A stretch of DNA of 64,000 nucleotides from a bacterium (GTDB lineage: Bacteria > Sysuimicrobiota > Sysuimicrobiia > Sysuimicrobiales > Segetimicrobiaceae): positions 4,855 to 68,854 of the forward strand of contig DASYZR010000166.1 in the NCBI GenBank assembly GCA_035945995.1, written 5' to 3'. The notes under the pieces were generated by a model, which saw only the letters and a list, made by a program, of their open reading frames with translations, did no database searches and was not told the origin of the DNA. Positions 1-8,680 of this stretch are shown in pieces (the stretch's first letter is position 1; each line of letters begins with the position of its first letter). Position numbers and translations under genes: made by a program.

Positions 1-229
1 GCTGGGCATGGCACGCCAAATCGGCACGCTCCGCGTAGGCGCCTGGGGCGACGCGGTCGCCTTCGAGTTGCGGGAGGGACAGTTCGCGCTGGAGGACTCC
101 CACGGCGAGGTCCGGACCGGCCGGCAGCGCCTCGTGCCCACGACCGTCGTGCGCGGCGGCAATGTGTACCGCGAGACGGCCGGGGTCCCATCATCACCAC
201 CACGTCGGCTAGCCGGCGACCCGGGCTAA
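1..229 (+). CDS. hypothetical protein, probably the C-terminal fragment of a gene that starts before the window
   Basis: ORF 8..229 is in frame back to position 2, so it likely continues upstream. Its composition is not the Arg/Ala-only bias seen in the artifact ORFs. It lies convergent to dppC. No recognisable domain. Confidence 0.25.
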   Translation, partial: LGMARQIGTLRVGAWGDAVAFELREGQFALEDSHGEVRTGRQRLVPTTVVRGGNVYRETAGVPSSPPRRLAGDPG

Positions 230-1143
230 CGCCCCTGGGTGTGCGGGTCCAGGATCTCGCGCATGCGTTCGCCGAGGAGATTGACGGCCAGCACCAGCAC
301 GAGGAGCGCGAGTCCGGGAATGGTGCTCACCCACCAGGCGACGAAGAGCACGCTGCGGCCGTCGCTGATCATCGACCCCCAGGCCGGGATGCTCGGCGGG
401 ATGCCGACGCCGAGAAACGAGAGCGACGCCTCGAGCACCATGAAGTAGCCGAGCCGCAGGAGCGCCACCACCGTCACGGTGTTCACGATGTTGGGCAGGA
501 TCTCGCTCACGAGGATCCACGAAGTCGGATAGCCCATCGCCCGCGCCGCCTCCACGTACTCGCGGTTCGACTGCGCGAGCGTCTCTCCGCGGGCGAGCCG
601 GTAGAACTCGATCCAGCCTTTGAGCGCGAGCGCCCAAATCAGGTTCCAGAAACCCGGGCCGAGAAACGCCATCATCGCGATCGCGAAGATCAGGTACGGG
701 AACGCCTGCAGCAGCTCGACGACCCGGGCGCCCACCATGTCGAGGGCGCCGCGGAAGTACGCGCCGGCCATGCCGAGCGCCGTCCCGATCACCGCGGAGA
801 TGCCGACCGTGAGCGCGCCGACGAGCAGGCTCACCCGTGCGCCGTAGATCGTCCTGGAGAGCACGTCCCGGCCGAGCGCGTCCGTGCCGAACCAGTGGGC
901 CGCCGACGGCGGCGCGAGCCGCGCGGCGAGATCCGTGACCGCCGGACTGTACGGTGCGATCGCGGGCGCCAGGACGGCGCCGAGCACGTAGACGAGCATC
1001 AACACGGCCGCCGCGGCGCCGACCGGCTCCGCGCCGAGTCCCCGCACGACGCGCCGGAGCGACGACAAGGCGCGGACACCGTGGCGCCGGACGGGATACA
1101 GGATCGGCGGCATGCCGGCGGGCAGCGGCCGGGCGCCCATCAT
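226..1143 (-). CDS. ABC transporter permease, DppC/OppC family (peptide/nickel type)
   Basis: C-terminal 305 aa of ORF 226..1767 is a typical DppC-like membrane protein (multiple TM helices, EAA-like region). The start, a double ATG at 1143, overlaps the upstream dppB stop as ATGA. Confidence 0.9.
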   Translation of the reverse strand: MMGARPLPAGMPPILYPVRRHGVRALSSLRRVVRGLGAEPVGAAAAVLMLVYVLGAVLAPAIAPYSPAVTDLAARLAPPSAAHWFGTDALGRDVLSRTIYGARVSLLVGALTVGISAVIGTALGMAGAYFRGALDMVGARVVELLQAFPYLIFAIAMMAFLGPGFWNLIWALALKGWIEFYRLARGETLAQSNREYVEAARAMGYPTSWILVSEILPNIVNTVTVVALLRLGYFMVLEASLSFLGVGIPPSIPAWGSMISDGRSVLFVAWWVSTIPGLALLVLVLAVNLLGERMREILDPHTQGR

Positions 1144-2150
1144 GCCACGTCCATTTGCGGGTCGAGCACGGTGTACGCGATGTCGACGGCCAGGTTGGCG
1201 GCGACGTAGGTGATCGCGTAGAGCATCACCGCCGCCTGGACCACCACGTAGTCGCGGGCGAAGATCGAGTTCACGACGAGGCGCCCGAGCCCCGGCCACG
1301 CGAACACGGTCTCGACGATCATGTTGCCGCCGAGCAGTTCGCCGATCTGCAGCCCGGCGACCGTGATCGCGGGAATCAGCGCGTTGCGCAGCGCGTGCTT
1401 GATCACGACCGCGGTCTCGGGGAGGCCCTTCGCGCGGGCCGTCGTCACGTACCGGCGGTGCAGCACCTCGATCATGGAAGAGCGGACCGTCCGCGCGAGC
1501 ACCGCGGCGAACACCACGCCCAGCGTGAGCGCCGGCATGAGCAGGTGGCGCAGCACGCTCGCGAGCGCGGCGCCGCTTCCGGCGAGCAGGCCGTCGACGA
1601 GGAGAAAACCGGTCGCCGGCGGCACGGCGATCGTCGGGTCGATCTGTCCGGACGTCGGCAAGAGGCGCGCGTTCACCCCGAAGAAGAGAATCAGCAGCAG
1701 CCCGAACCAGAACGCCGGCATGCTTGCGCCGAGCAGCGACGTCGAGAGCACCGCGCGATCGATCCACGAGCGCGGCCGCAGCGCGCTCGCGAGGCCCATC
1801 GGGACCGCGATCAGGACCGCGATGACGATCGTCGCCGCGGTGAGTTCGATCGTGGCCGGGAGCGCGCCGGCGATCAGCGCCGCCGCCGGCCGGTGCTGGA
1901 CGATCGAAGTGCCGAGATCGCCGCGCGCGAGCTGGGCAAAGAACAGCTCCAACTGGACGGGCAGCGGTTGGTCGAGATGCAGTTCGTGCTGCGCCGCCCG
2001 GATCGTCGCGGCGCTCGAGTTCGTATCGCCGAGCATGATCTCGACCGGATCGCCGGGCAGCAGGTGCAGCGAGAAGAACGCCAGCACGGCGACGCCCAGC
2101 GCCACGGGCACGGCGAGCAGCACCCGGTGAACGATTCTCAGCCAGCGCAT
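1140..2150 (-). CDS. ABC transporter permease, DppB/OppB family
   Basis: 336-aa ORF with the characteristic DppB N-terminus (LHLLPGDPV) and ABC permease TM topology. Confidence 0.9.
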   Translation of the reverse strand: MRWLRIVHRVLLAVPVALGVAVLAFFSLHLLPGDPVEIMLGDTNSSAATIRAAQHELHLDQPLPVQLELFFAQLARGDLGTSIVQHRPAAALIAGALPATIELTAATIVIAVLIAVPMGLASALRPRSWIDRAVLSTSLLGASMPAFWFGLLLILFFGVNARLLPTSGQIDPTIAVPPATGFLLVDGLLAGSGAALASVLRHLLMPALTLGVVFAAVLARTVRSSMIEVLHRRYVTTARAKGLPETAVVIKHALRNALIPAITVAGLQIGELLGGNMIVETVFAWPGLGRLVVNSIFARDYVVVQAAVMLYAITYVAANLAVDIAYTVLDPQMDVA

Positions 2151-2181
2151 TTCGGCACCCGCGCGCCCCGGCGCGCGGGTC

Positions 2182-3699
2182 TTAGTACCCCGCCTGCTTG
2201 AGGAGTTCCCGCGCCTTCATCGGATCGTACGGATACGGTTTGAGCGACGGGTCGTACCCGAAGCCGTTCGGCAGGAACGCCGTGCTGAGCCGCGTCCCGT
2301 AGCCGTGGTAGATGTCGCGGAGGATCGGGGCCCAGTTGATCGCGTAGTTCACTGCCTGCCGCACCCGCGGATCGGTGAACGGGTCCGCCTTGGTGTTGAA
2401 CTCGATCTCGTAGGAGCGCGTGCCCTCGGCGGTCTTCACCTGCACGTTCGGGCTCGCCTTCAGGCGGTCCACGAGATCCGGCGGTACTTCCTGGATGATC
2501 TGCACCTCGCCGGACAGCAGCGCCGCGATCCGGCCGGACGGCTCCGGGATCATCCGGAAGATGACCTGCCGCAGTTTCGCCGGGCCGGCCCAGTAGCCGT
2601 CGTAACGCTCGAGGACGATCTCGGAGTTGAGGGCGCCCCGCACGAACCGGAACGGGCCGGCACCGACCGGCTTCGCGATGAATCCGGCCTCGCCGGCCTG
2701 CTGCGTGTACTTCTGCGGCACGACCTGGAAGTGGACGAGCGACTGCAGCATGAGCGCCTCCGGAAACGAGGCGCCGTAGACGAACCGCACGTGCGAGTCG
2801 TCCCGTTTCTGCACGCGGAGGATCGGTCCGAGCAGATCCTTCCGCGTGGTGGAGACGCCGCTGATCGCGCCGGGCGTCAACACCCGCTGAAACGTGAAGA
2901 CGACGTCGTCGGCGGTGACCGGATCACCGTTTTGGAATTTGACGCCGGGACGAAGCGTGAAGTCGTACACCGCCGGCCCGACCTTGCGCCACGACGTGGC
3001 AAGCTGCGGGACGACCTTTCCGTCCGGGCTGTGGCCCACCAGTCCGTCGTAGATGTTGCGCAGCACCGCTTCCCGGTCGTTCGGGGGAATGCCCGGATCG
3101 AGCGGCGCGATCGAGTCGTTGCGCATGCCGACGATGATCGTATCGCCGCCCCGCACGCTCGCCGGATACATCGTCTCGCTGTTGTCGGCCGCCGGGACCC
3201 AACCGGCCACCGCGGAGGACTGCGCCTCGATGTTCTGCAGCACGTATCCGAACGCCCAGGGCGCGTCGGCGTAGATCCTCCGCTGGGCGTCGTAGTACGC
3301 GGCCTGCCGCTGCGCGTCGTTCGGGGTGCCGGAGGCCACCGCCATGTCGTGATCCACCGCGGGGTTCGAGTAGAACGAGAAATTGCCGCGTGCTTGGGTC
3401 ACAAACTTCGGCACGGCGAGATCGTAGGGATCGAAGTAGGCGCTCCCCCAGTCGGTCGTGTAGGCGGCCCGCTGCCCGGCCCGGACCTGCGCGATCAGCA
3501 CCGACAGCTGCCACGCGCGCACCTGCGCGGTGATCCCGGCCCGGCCCAGTTGCGCGGCGATCGCCTGGGCTTCCGTGGCTCGGTTCGGCGTCGTGTCCAG
3601 GACGAACGACAGCGCCCGGGCCGCGTCGCCGCGCGTCCCGCCGAGGAGCGAGACGCCGAGCAGCGCCGTGGCCAGCACGGCGGAGATCCGTTTCTTCAT
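2182..3699 (-). CDS. ABC transporter substrate-binding protein, family 5 (DppA/OppA-like)
   Basis: 505-aa ORF with an N-terminal signal peptide (MKKRISAVLATALLGVSLLGG) and family-5 substrate-binding composition. A strong GGGGGG ribosome-binding site precedes the ATG. Confidence 0.9.
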   Translation of the reverse strand: MKKRISAVLATALLGVSLLGGTRGDAARALSFVLDTTPNRATEAQAIAAQLGRAGITAQVRAWQLSVLIAQVRAGQRAAYTTDWGSAYFDPYDLAVPKFVTQARGNFSFYSNPAVDHDMAVASGTPNDAQRQAAYYDAQRRIYADAPWAFGYVLQNIEAQSSAVAGWVPAADNSETMYPASVRGGDTIIVGMRNDSIAPLDPGIPPNDREAVLRNIYDGLVGHSPDGKVVPQLATSWRKVGPAVYDFTLRPGVKFQNGDPVTADDVVFTFQRVLTPGAISGVSTTRKDLLGPILRVQKRDDSHVRFVYGASFPEALMLQSLVHFQVVPQKYTQQAGEAGFIAKPVGAGPFRFVRGALNSEIVLERYDGYWAGPAKLRQVIFRMIPEPSGRIAALLSGEVQIIQEVPPDLVDRLKASPNVQVKTAEGTRSYEIEFNTKADPFTDPRVRQAVNYAINWAPILRDIYHGYGTRLSTAFLPNGFGYDPSLKPYPYDPMKARELLKQAGY

Positions 3700-3774
3700 C
3701 CCGCACCCCCCGTTGTGTCTCCCAGCGCCGGCGCAGGGATTCTTCGCGGAGAAATACCGCCTGCCGCCGGCCGG

Positions 3775-4098
3775 TCAGTCGAGCGGCACTTCGAGGTCGA
3801 GGAGCGGCGCGTACTGCTGCGCCCCGAAGATGTCCGGGTCGCCGGGACTGCCGCTCGGCCGGCTGCGGTACACCGTGAACTTGATCGCGCACCCGGGATC
3901 GAACGCGACGAAATCCGAGATGCGCGTCTCCGGGATGTCGTAGAGGCGCGCGACCGACGCTTTGGTCACGGCGCCGCTCTTCAGCGTGCGCTCGTAGGTG
4001 TCCCGGTCGGCGAAGATGATGTCGAAGGTGATCTTGTCGACCCCGGCGTTCTTGCTGCGCACGACCTTGGCGAGGCTCGAGAGCTTGGCGGTTTTCAT
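3775..4098 (-). CDS. DUF4387 domain protein (partner of DUF1446/AtuA-like)
   Basis: 107-aa product (MKTAKLSSLAKVVRSKNAGVDKITFDIIFADRDTYE...) matches the DUF4387 pattern. Its ATG overlaps the upstream DUF1446 stop as ATGA. Confidence 0.75.
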   Translation of the reverse strand: MKTAKLSSLAKVVRSKNAGVDKITFDIIFADRDTYERTLKSGAVTKASVARLYDIPETRISDFVAFDPGCAIKFTVYRSRPSGSPGDPDIFGAQQYAPLLDLEVPLD

Positions 4099-5504
4099 CG
4101 CCGGCTCACCGCCTCGCCGGCGCCGCGTCCGGCGGGGGTGCCTGTTCCCACGTCGATCAAGTGCAGCGGGAACAGCTCGAGCGGATCGCTCACCCGGAGC
4201 GTATGGTTCACGGTCCACCGGTAGGCCGCGCTGGCCGGCAGCACTTCGTCGAGCGGGAACGCCACGCCGCCGGCGGTGCCCTTCACCTCGGGCAGGCGCG
4301 CGTAGAAGAGCTGGCGCGTGCCGATCATGCACACTTCCTCGGCCATCTCCTTGCTGGGGGCCACGCCGTAGACCACAAGGCCGAGCTCGTGCGCCGGCGT
4401 CCGGACGGGCTCGAGATCGCCCATGACGCCGTTGCGGCCGAACACCTGGTAGTGCAGCTCGTAGCCGGCGGTGCCGAACTTTTCCTCGACCGCGTGACGT
4501 GCCCAGCCGATGACGCCGTCGATGTTCGCGATCGTGTAGGGATCGCGGATTCCCGCGATGCCGACGTAGCGCTCTCCGACCTTGCCGGCGCCTTCCAATT
4601 TGACCCGCGGCTCGGCCGCCGGGTTCCAGACCGGGCCCGTGATCCGCGTCGTACGCGCGTCGAACTGTTCGTACCGGCACCCCCGCATGTCGAGCTCACC
4701 GCCGAGCGCGTACTCGAAGAACGGGTTCGACCGTTCGTACATCGCATGCCCGGCGACCGACGCGATTGTGCAGCGCTGGTCCGGGTGCATCGCCGTAACC
4801 TTCACGTCCTCCATCGAAATCTCGCCGATCACGCTTTCCTTGGCGCCGTAGGGCTCGGCGCAGAAGGAGGCGCACTCGAGCACCTTGCCGAGATAATAGG
4901 ACAGCGCCTCGGGGAAGCCGGCGCTGATTGCCGGGCCGGCGCAGATCGCGAGGTCGCTCGAGCGGCCGCCGATGATGACATCGGCGCCCCGATCGAGCAG
5001 CGTGTTGTAGGGGTGGATCCCCGCCATCGCGACGATCCGGTCCGTCGCCTCGAGCTCCGCGAGCGTCAGGTCGGCACGGCCGTTCAGCCCCGCGACCGTC
5101 TCGCCGGCGGCGATGCGCCGGCGCACCAGATCCTTGGGGACCTCCGAGTAGAAGTAGCCGAGGCGGAAGGGCGCGAGGTGACGGCGCGAGGCGATCTCGC
5201 GGATCATCTCGACGTACATGTCGACCCGGCTGTTCGACCCGGTGTCGCCCGCGGAGCCGATCAGCATCGGCACCCCGAGCCTCCGAGACGCCAGCAGGAT
5301 GTGCTCGAGGTCGTGACGCTGCCATTCCTTCGGGCTGGTGCAGGTGTCGGAGCCGAGCGGGCCCGGCCCGATGTCGTCGCTGCCCGAGTCCGAGACGATG
5401 AAGTCGGGGTGGGCCGCCACCCCCAATTCGAAGCTGCCGAGCCTGAGCGGCGCAAAGCCCAGATGCCCGTTTGGGGCCAAAAAGCGCAGTGTCTTGCCAC
5501 CCAT
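4095..5504 (-). CDS. DUF1446 family protein (AtuA-like, acyclic terpene utilisation-related)
   Basis: 469-aa ORF with real-protein composition (Y/F/K/I/M-rich). Shows AtuA/DUF1446-like N-terminal features and the conserved pairing with DUF4387. Confidence 0.8.
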   Translation of the reverse strand: MGGKTLRFLAPNGHLGFAPLRLGSFELGVAAHPDFIVSDSGSDDIGPGPLGSDTCTSPKEWQRHDLEHILLASRRLGVPMLIGSAGDTGSNSRVDMYVEMIREIASRRHLAPFRLGYFYSEVPKDLVRRRIAAGETVAGLNGRADLTLAELEATDRIVAMAGIHPYNTLLDRGADVIIGGRSSDLAICAGPAISAGFPEALSYYLGKVLECASFCAEPYGAKESVIGEISMEDVKVTAMHPDQRCTIASVAGHAMYERSNPFFEYALGGELDMRGCRYEQFDARTTRITGPVWNPAAEPRVKLEGAGKVGERYVGIAGIRDPYTIANIDGVIGWARHAVEEKFGTAGYELHYQVFGRNGVMGDLEPVRTPAHELGLVVYGVAPSKEMAEEVCMIGTRQLFYARLPEVKGTAGGVAFPLDEVLPASAAYRWTVNHTLRVSDPLELFPLHLIDVGTGTPAGRGAGEAVSRR

Positions 5505-5517
5505 TCGTCTGCCTCCA

Positions 5518-6324
5518 TCACGCCACGATGTGGGCCAAGCGCTCGATGTTGAACTTGTACCGGTCGCCGCGGTACACGGTGCGGCGGTACTCTACCGGCT
5601 CACCGCCGGGTGCCGAGATCAGCGAGGTCACGTTGAAGACCGCCGCGGGCCGGTCGAGCGAGAGCAGCGCGGCCTCCTCGGCGGTCGCGAGACGCACTTC
5701 AAACGTCTGCTCGGCCCGCAGCTCGGGGAGGCCCGTGCGCTCCGCGTAGAGTTCCGAGAGCATCCGCGGCCTCCCGGAGGCCGCGGCCCGGCAAAAGATC
5801 TCAACGGTCTCCGCCGCCTTGGCGGCGGGGAAATAACTCCGGTAGATGGCGAGCGGCTCGTCGTCCCCGAGCCCGAGACACACGAGATGCAGCAGCGGTG
5901 TGTCCGGCGGGATACCGAGCAGCCGGCTCAACACCACATCGCCCGGCTCCTGCGTCCGGCTCACGACACGCAGTCCCGGGATCATGCCCTGCGCGGCGAG
6001 CGCCTCGCGAAAGGCCGTGACTCGTCCGAGGGGCTGGGTAATCGGCCCGTGCGCCGCGACGAACGTGCCGCGCCCTTGAATCTTCTTGAGCAGCCCCGCG
6101 CGCGCGAGATGCTCGAGGGCCTGCCGGACCGTCGACCGGCTGACACCGAACTGCTCGGAAAGATCGCGCTCTGAGGGCAGCTGTCCGCCGGCGCCCCAAT
6201 CGCCCTTGCGGATCCTGGCGTTGATGGATCCGAGCAGCTGCCGGTAGAGGGGTCCGCGGCCTCGGGCGTAGACACCCGGGCCCATCTTCCGCCCGTGCCT
6301 CGCGACGTCCGGACGCTGCGCCAC
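5518..6324 (-). CDS. GntR family transcriptional regulator (HutC subfamily, HTH + UTRA domain)
   Basis: Has the GntR winged helix-turn-helix motif (LPSERDLSEQFGVSRSTVRQALEHLARAGLL) followed by a UTRA-like effector domain. Confidence 0.85.
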   Translation of the reverse strand: MAQRPDVARHGRKMGPGVYARGRGPLYRQLLGSINARIRKGDWGAGGQLPSERDLSEQFGVSRSTVRQALEHLARAGLLKKIQGRGTFVAAHGPITQPLGRVTAFREALAAQGMIPGLRVVSRTQEPGDVVLSRLLGIPPDTPLLHLVCLGLGDDEPLAIYRSYFPAAKAAETVEIFCRAAASGRPRMLSELYAERTGLPELRAEQTFEVRLATAEEAALLSLDRPAAVFNVTSLISAPGGEPVEYRRTVYRGDRYKFNIERLAHIVA

Positions 6325-6362
6325 GCGACTCCCACTCCCCGCTGGTTCATACCTGATAGCTA

Positions 6363-6379
6363 TGTGGTACGTACCAACA
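6363..6379. promoter_or_regulatory. candidate HutC-type operator: perfect 12-bp palindrome TGGTACGTACCA about 40 bp upstream of the GntR start
   Basis: The palindrome is seen directly in the sequence and resembles dre-like GTGGT-N-ACCAC operators of HutC/DasR regulators. It sits in the lower-GC intergenic region upstream of the GntR gene. Confidence 0.35.
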
Positions 6380-6508
6380 TCGGATTCGCCCTGGCGTCTT
6401 AGCTTCCCTGCCTCATCAAGTGGATCTGATGGGTCTATCGGAGTCTAAATTCGATCCCGCCGTTGTCGAGGCGTTTCGTGCGTTCGTGACCGTGGCGGGC
6501 TCTGGACG

Positions 6509-7726
6509 TTAGTCCTCTTCGTCCATCTTGAACTCGGCGTGCAGGATCCGGACCGCCGCCTCGACCTCGTCCGCGCGGACCACGCATGAGATCTTGATCT
6601 CCGACGTGGCGATCAGCTCGATGTTGATGCCGCCCCGGGCCAGCGCGCCGAACATCCGCGCCGCGACCCCCGGGTTGGTGATCATCCCGGCCCCCACGAG
6701 GCTCACCATCGCGACGCCGTCGTCCGCGAGAATATCCCGGGCGCCGATCTCCTCGGCGACGGAGCGGGCGGCCTCGACCGCGGCGGTCATGTCGGTCCGC
6801 GCCACGGTGAAGGAGATGTCCGCTCCCTGCGCCTTCGGAACGCTCTGGATGATCAGGTTGACGTTGACGTGGCGGTCCGCGATCGCTTGAAACAGCGTGT
6901 GGGCGATGCCGGGTCTGTCTTGGATCCCCGTCGCCGCGATCTTGGCCACGTTGCGGTCGTGGGTCACCGCCGTGACCAGCCGGCGCCGTTCACTCGCGTT
7001 GTCCGTCACCACCGTTCCCCCCCGGTCCACGAACGTGCTGCGCACCTCGAGCGGTACCTGGTACTGCTTGGCGAGCTCGGCCGCGCGCGTCTGAAGCACC
7101 AGCGCCCCGGTACTCGCCATCTCGAGCATCTCGTCGTAGGAGATCTCGCGGAGTTTCCGCGCCGTGGGCACGACGCGCGGGTCCGCGGTGAAGACGCCTT
7201 CGACGTCCGTATAGATCTGGCAGATCTCCGCGCCGAGCGCCGACGCGAGGGCCACCGCGGTCGTGTCCGAGCCGCCCCGCCCCAGCGTCGTGATCTCCCC
7301 GGCTTCCGTCGTTCCCTGGAACCCGGCCACGATGACGATGCGGCCGGCCGCCAGTTCGCGCTCGAGGCGGCCGCGGTCGACGCGGAGAATGCGCGCCCGC
7401 AGGTGGACCGGTTCGGTGCGGATCTGCGCCTGCCCGCCGGTCAGCGACACCGCCGGGTAGCCGCGCGTCTGCAGCGCCATGGCCAGCAGCGAGATCGAGA
7501 CCTGCTCGCCGGTCGAGAGCAGCATGTCCATCTCGCGCGCGTCGGGGGTCGTCGTGATCTGGCGCGCCATGGCGATGAGGTCGTCGGTCGTGTCGCCGGG
7601 CGCGGAGACCACGACCACCACGTCGTGGCCCCGGTCCCGCGCCGCCGCGACGCGGCCGGCCACATGCTTGATCAGGTCCGGCGTGGCGACGGAGCTGCCG
7701 CCGAACTTTTGGACGACCACGCTCAC
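6509..7726 (-). CDS. lysC: aspartate kinase
   Basis: Product begins VSVVVQKFGGSSVATPD and ends with ACT domains. GTG start overlaps the thrB stop as GTGA. About 405 aa. Confidence 0.9.
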   Translation of the reverse strand: MSVVVQKFGGSSVATPDLIKHVAGRVAAARDRGHDVVVVVSAPGDTTDDLIAMARQITTTPDAREMDMLLSTGEQVSISLLAMALQTRGYPAVSLTGGQAQIRTEPVHLRARILRVDRGRLERELAAGRIVIVAGFQGTTEAGEITTLGRGGSDTTAVALASALGAEICQIYTDVEGVFTADPRVVPTARKLREISYDEMLEMASTGALVLQTRAAELAKQYQVPLEVRSTFVDRGGTVVTDNASERRRLVTAVTHDRNVAKIAATGIQDRPGIAHTLFQAIADRHVNVNLIIQSVPKAQGADISFTVARTDMTAAVEAARSVAEEIGARDILADDGVAMVSLVGAGMITNPGVAARMFGALARGGINIELIATSEIKISCVVRADEVEAAVRILHAEFKMDEED

Positions 7727-8640
7727 GGTGCCGTCTCCACGACGGTCCCGTCCGTGTCGATCTCCGCGTCGATGGCCCGGCACGGCGCCCCCGCCGTCTC
7801 GAACGCCCGCCGCATCGCGTCGCCGATCCCCGGCGCACCACCGAACGCCACCACCGTGGGACCGGATCCGCTCAGGGCGACGCCGTGGGCGCCGGCCTCG
7901 CGCGCCGCCGCGAACACCGCCTCGAGTCCCGGGACGAGACGGGCGCGGTACGGTTGGTGCAGGCGATCTCGCGTCGCCTCGTCGAGCAGATCCATCCGGC
8001 CCTCCACCAGCGCCGAGACGAGCAGCGCGGTCCGCGTCAGGTTGAAGACCGCGTCGCGAAACGGGACCGCCTCCGGCAGGAGCCGCCGGGCGTCCGCCGT
8101 CGAGACCGCAAATTCCGGGATCGCGATCACCACGCGCAACCGTCTGGGGATCAGGCGCACCCACCGGATTTTCCCCGCCTCCGTCGTCGCGCATGCGACC
8201 AGCCCGCCGGCGAGCGCCGGGGCGACGTTGTCCGGGTGCCCCTCGATCCCGGCGGCGAGATCGAGCAGCGCCTGCCGGTCGAGCGGACCGCCGAGGAGGG
8301 CGTTGGCCGCGGCCGCGCCGCCGGCGATGGCCGCGGCGCTGCTGCCGAGTCCGCGCGCGAGCGGGATCCGGTTGTACTGCTTCAGGTGAAACGCCCGCGG
8401 CATCGGCCGCCGCTCCGGCCGCTCCGGGCCGCGCACCCGCTCGGTGACCGCGAGCGCGGCCCGATATGCGAGGTGGGTTGGATCGCGCGGCAGGGTCTCC
8501 GCGCCTTCGCCGTCAATCTCGATCCGCGGCGTCTCCGCGGCGTCCAACTCGACGGTGTTGTGCAGGCGGAGGGCCAGGCCGAGCGCGTCAAACCCGGGCC
8601 CGAGGTTCGATGTGGTGGCGGGCACGCGGACGCGGATCAC
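7723..8640 (-). CDS. thrB: homoserine kinase
   Basis: GHMP kinase motifs (SNLGPGFD, PLARGLGSSAA). Start chosen at GTG (VIRVRVPATTSNLGPGFD); the listed ORF extends to 8721 (MWPARL...), an alternative start that would overlap thrC. Confidence 0.8.
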   Translation of the reverse strand: MIRVRVPATTSNLGPGFDALGLALRLHNTVELDAAETPRIEIDGEGAETLPRDPTHLAYRAALAVTERVRGPERPERRPMPRAFHLKQYNRIPLARGLGSSAAAIAGGAAAANALLGGPLDRQALLDLAAGIEGHPDNVAPALAGGLVACATTEAGKIRWVRLIPRRLRVVIAIPEFAVSTADARRLLPEAVPFRDAVFNLTRTALLVSALVEGRMDLLDEATRDRLHQPYRARLVPGLEAVFAAAREAGAHGVALSGSGPTVVAFGGAPGIGDAMRRAFETAGAPCRAIDAEIDTDGTVVETAP

Positions 8641-8680
8641 CGCACGCCCACCGGTCGCGCCGCTCCCCCGAGGTGTTCGT

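Noticed and set aside
3700-3774. Imperfect inverted repeat GCCGGCGCAGG ... CCTGCCGCCGGC between the DUF4387 and substrate-binding-protein genes as an attenuator or terminator
   Set aside because: The stem is imperfect with a long 23-nt loop and no U-tract. Likely just GC-rich spacer containing the next gene's ribosome-binding site.
2305-4224. 639-aa plus-strand ORF antisense to the substrate-binding-protein and DUF4387 genes
   Set aside because: Arg/Ala/Gly/Asp/Pro-dominated composition with almost no Lys, Ile, Phe, Tyr or Asn. Typical long antisense ORF of a 70% GC genome, opposite a well-supported gene.
6420-6470. tRNA-like T-loop resemblance (ttcgatccc) in the GntR-lysC intergenic region
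   Set aside because: No acceptor, D-arm or anticodon-arm complementarity could be built. Likely coincidental.
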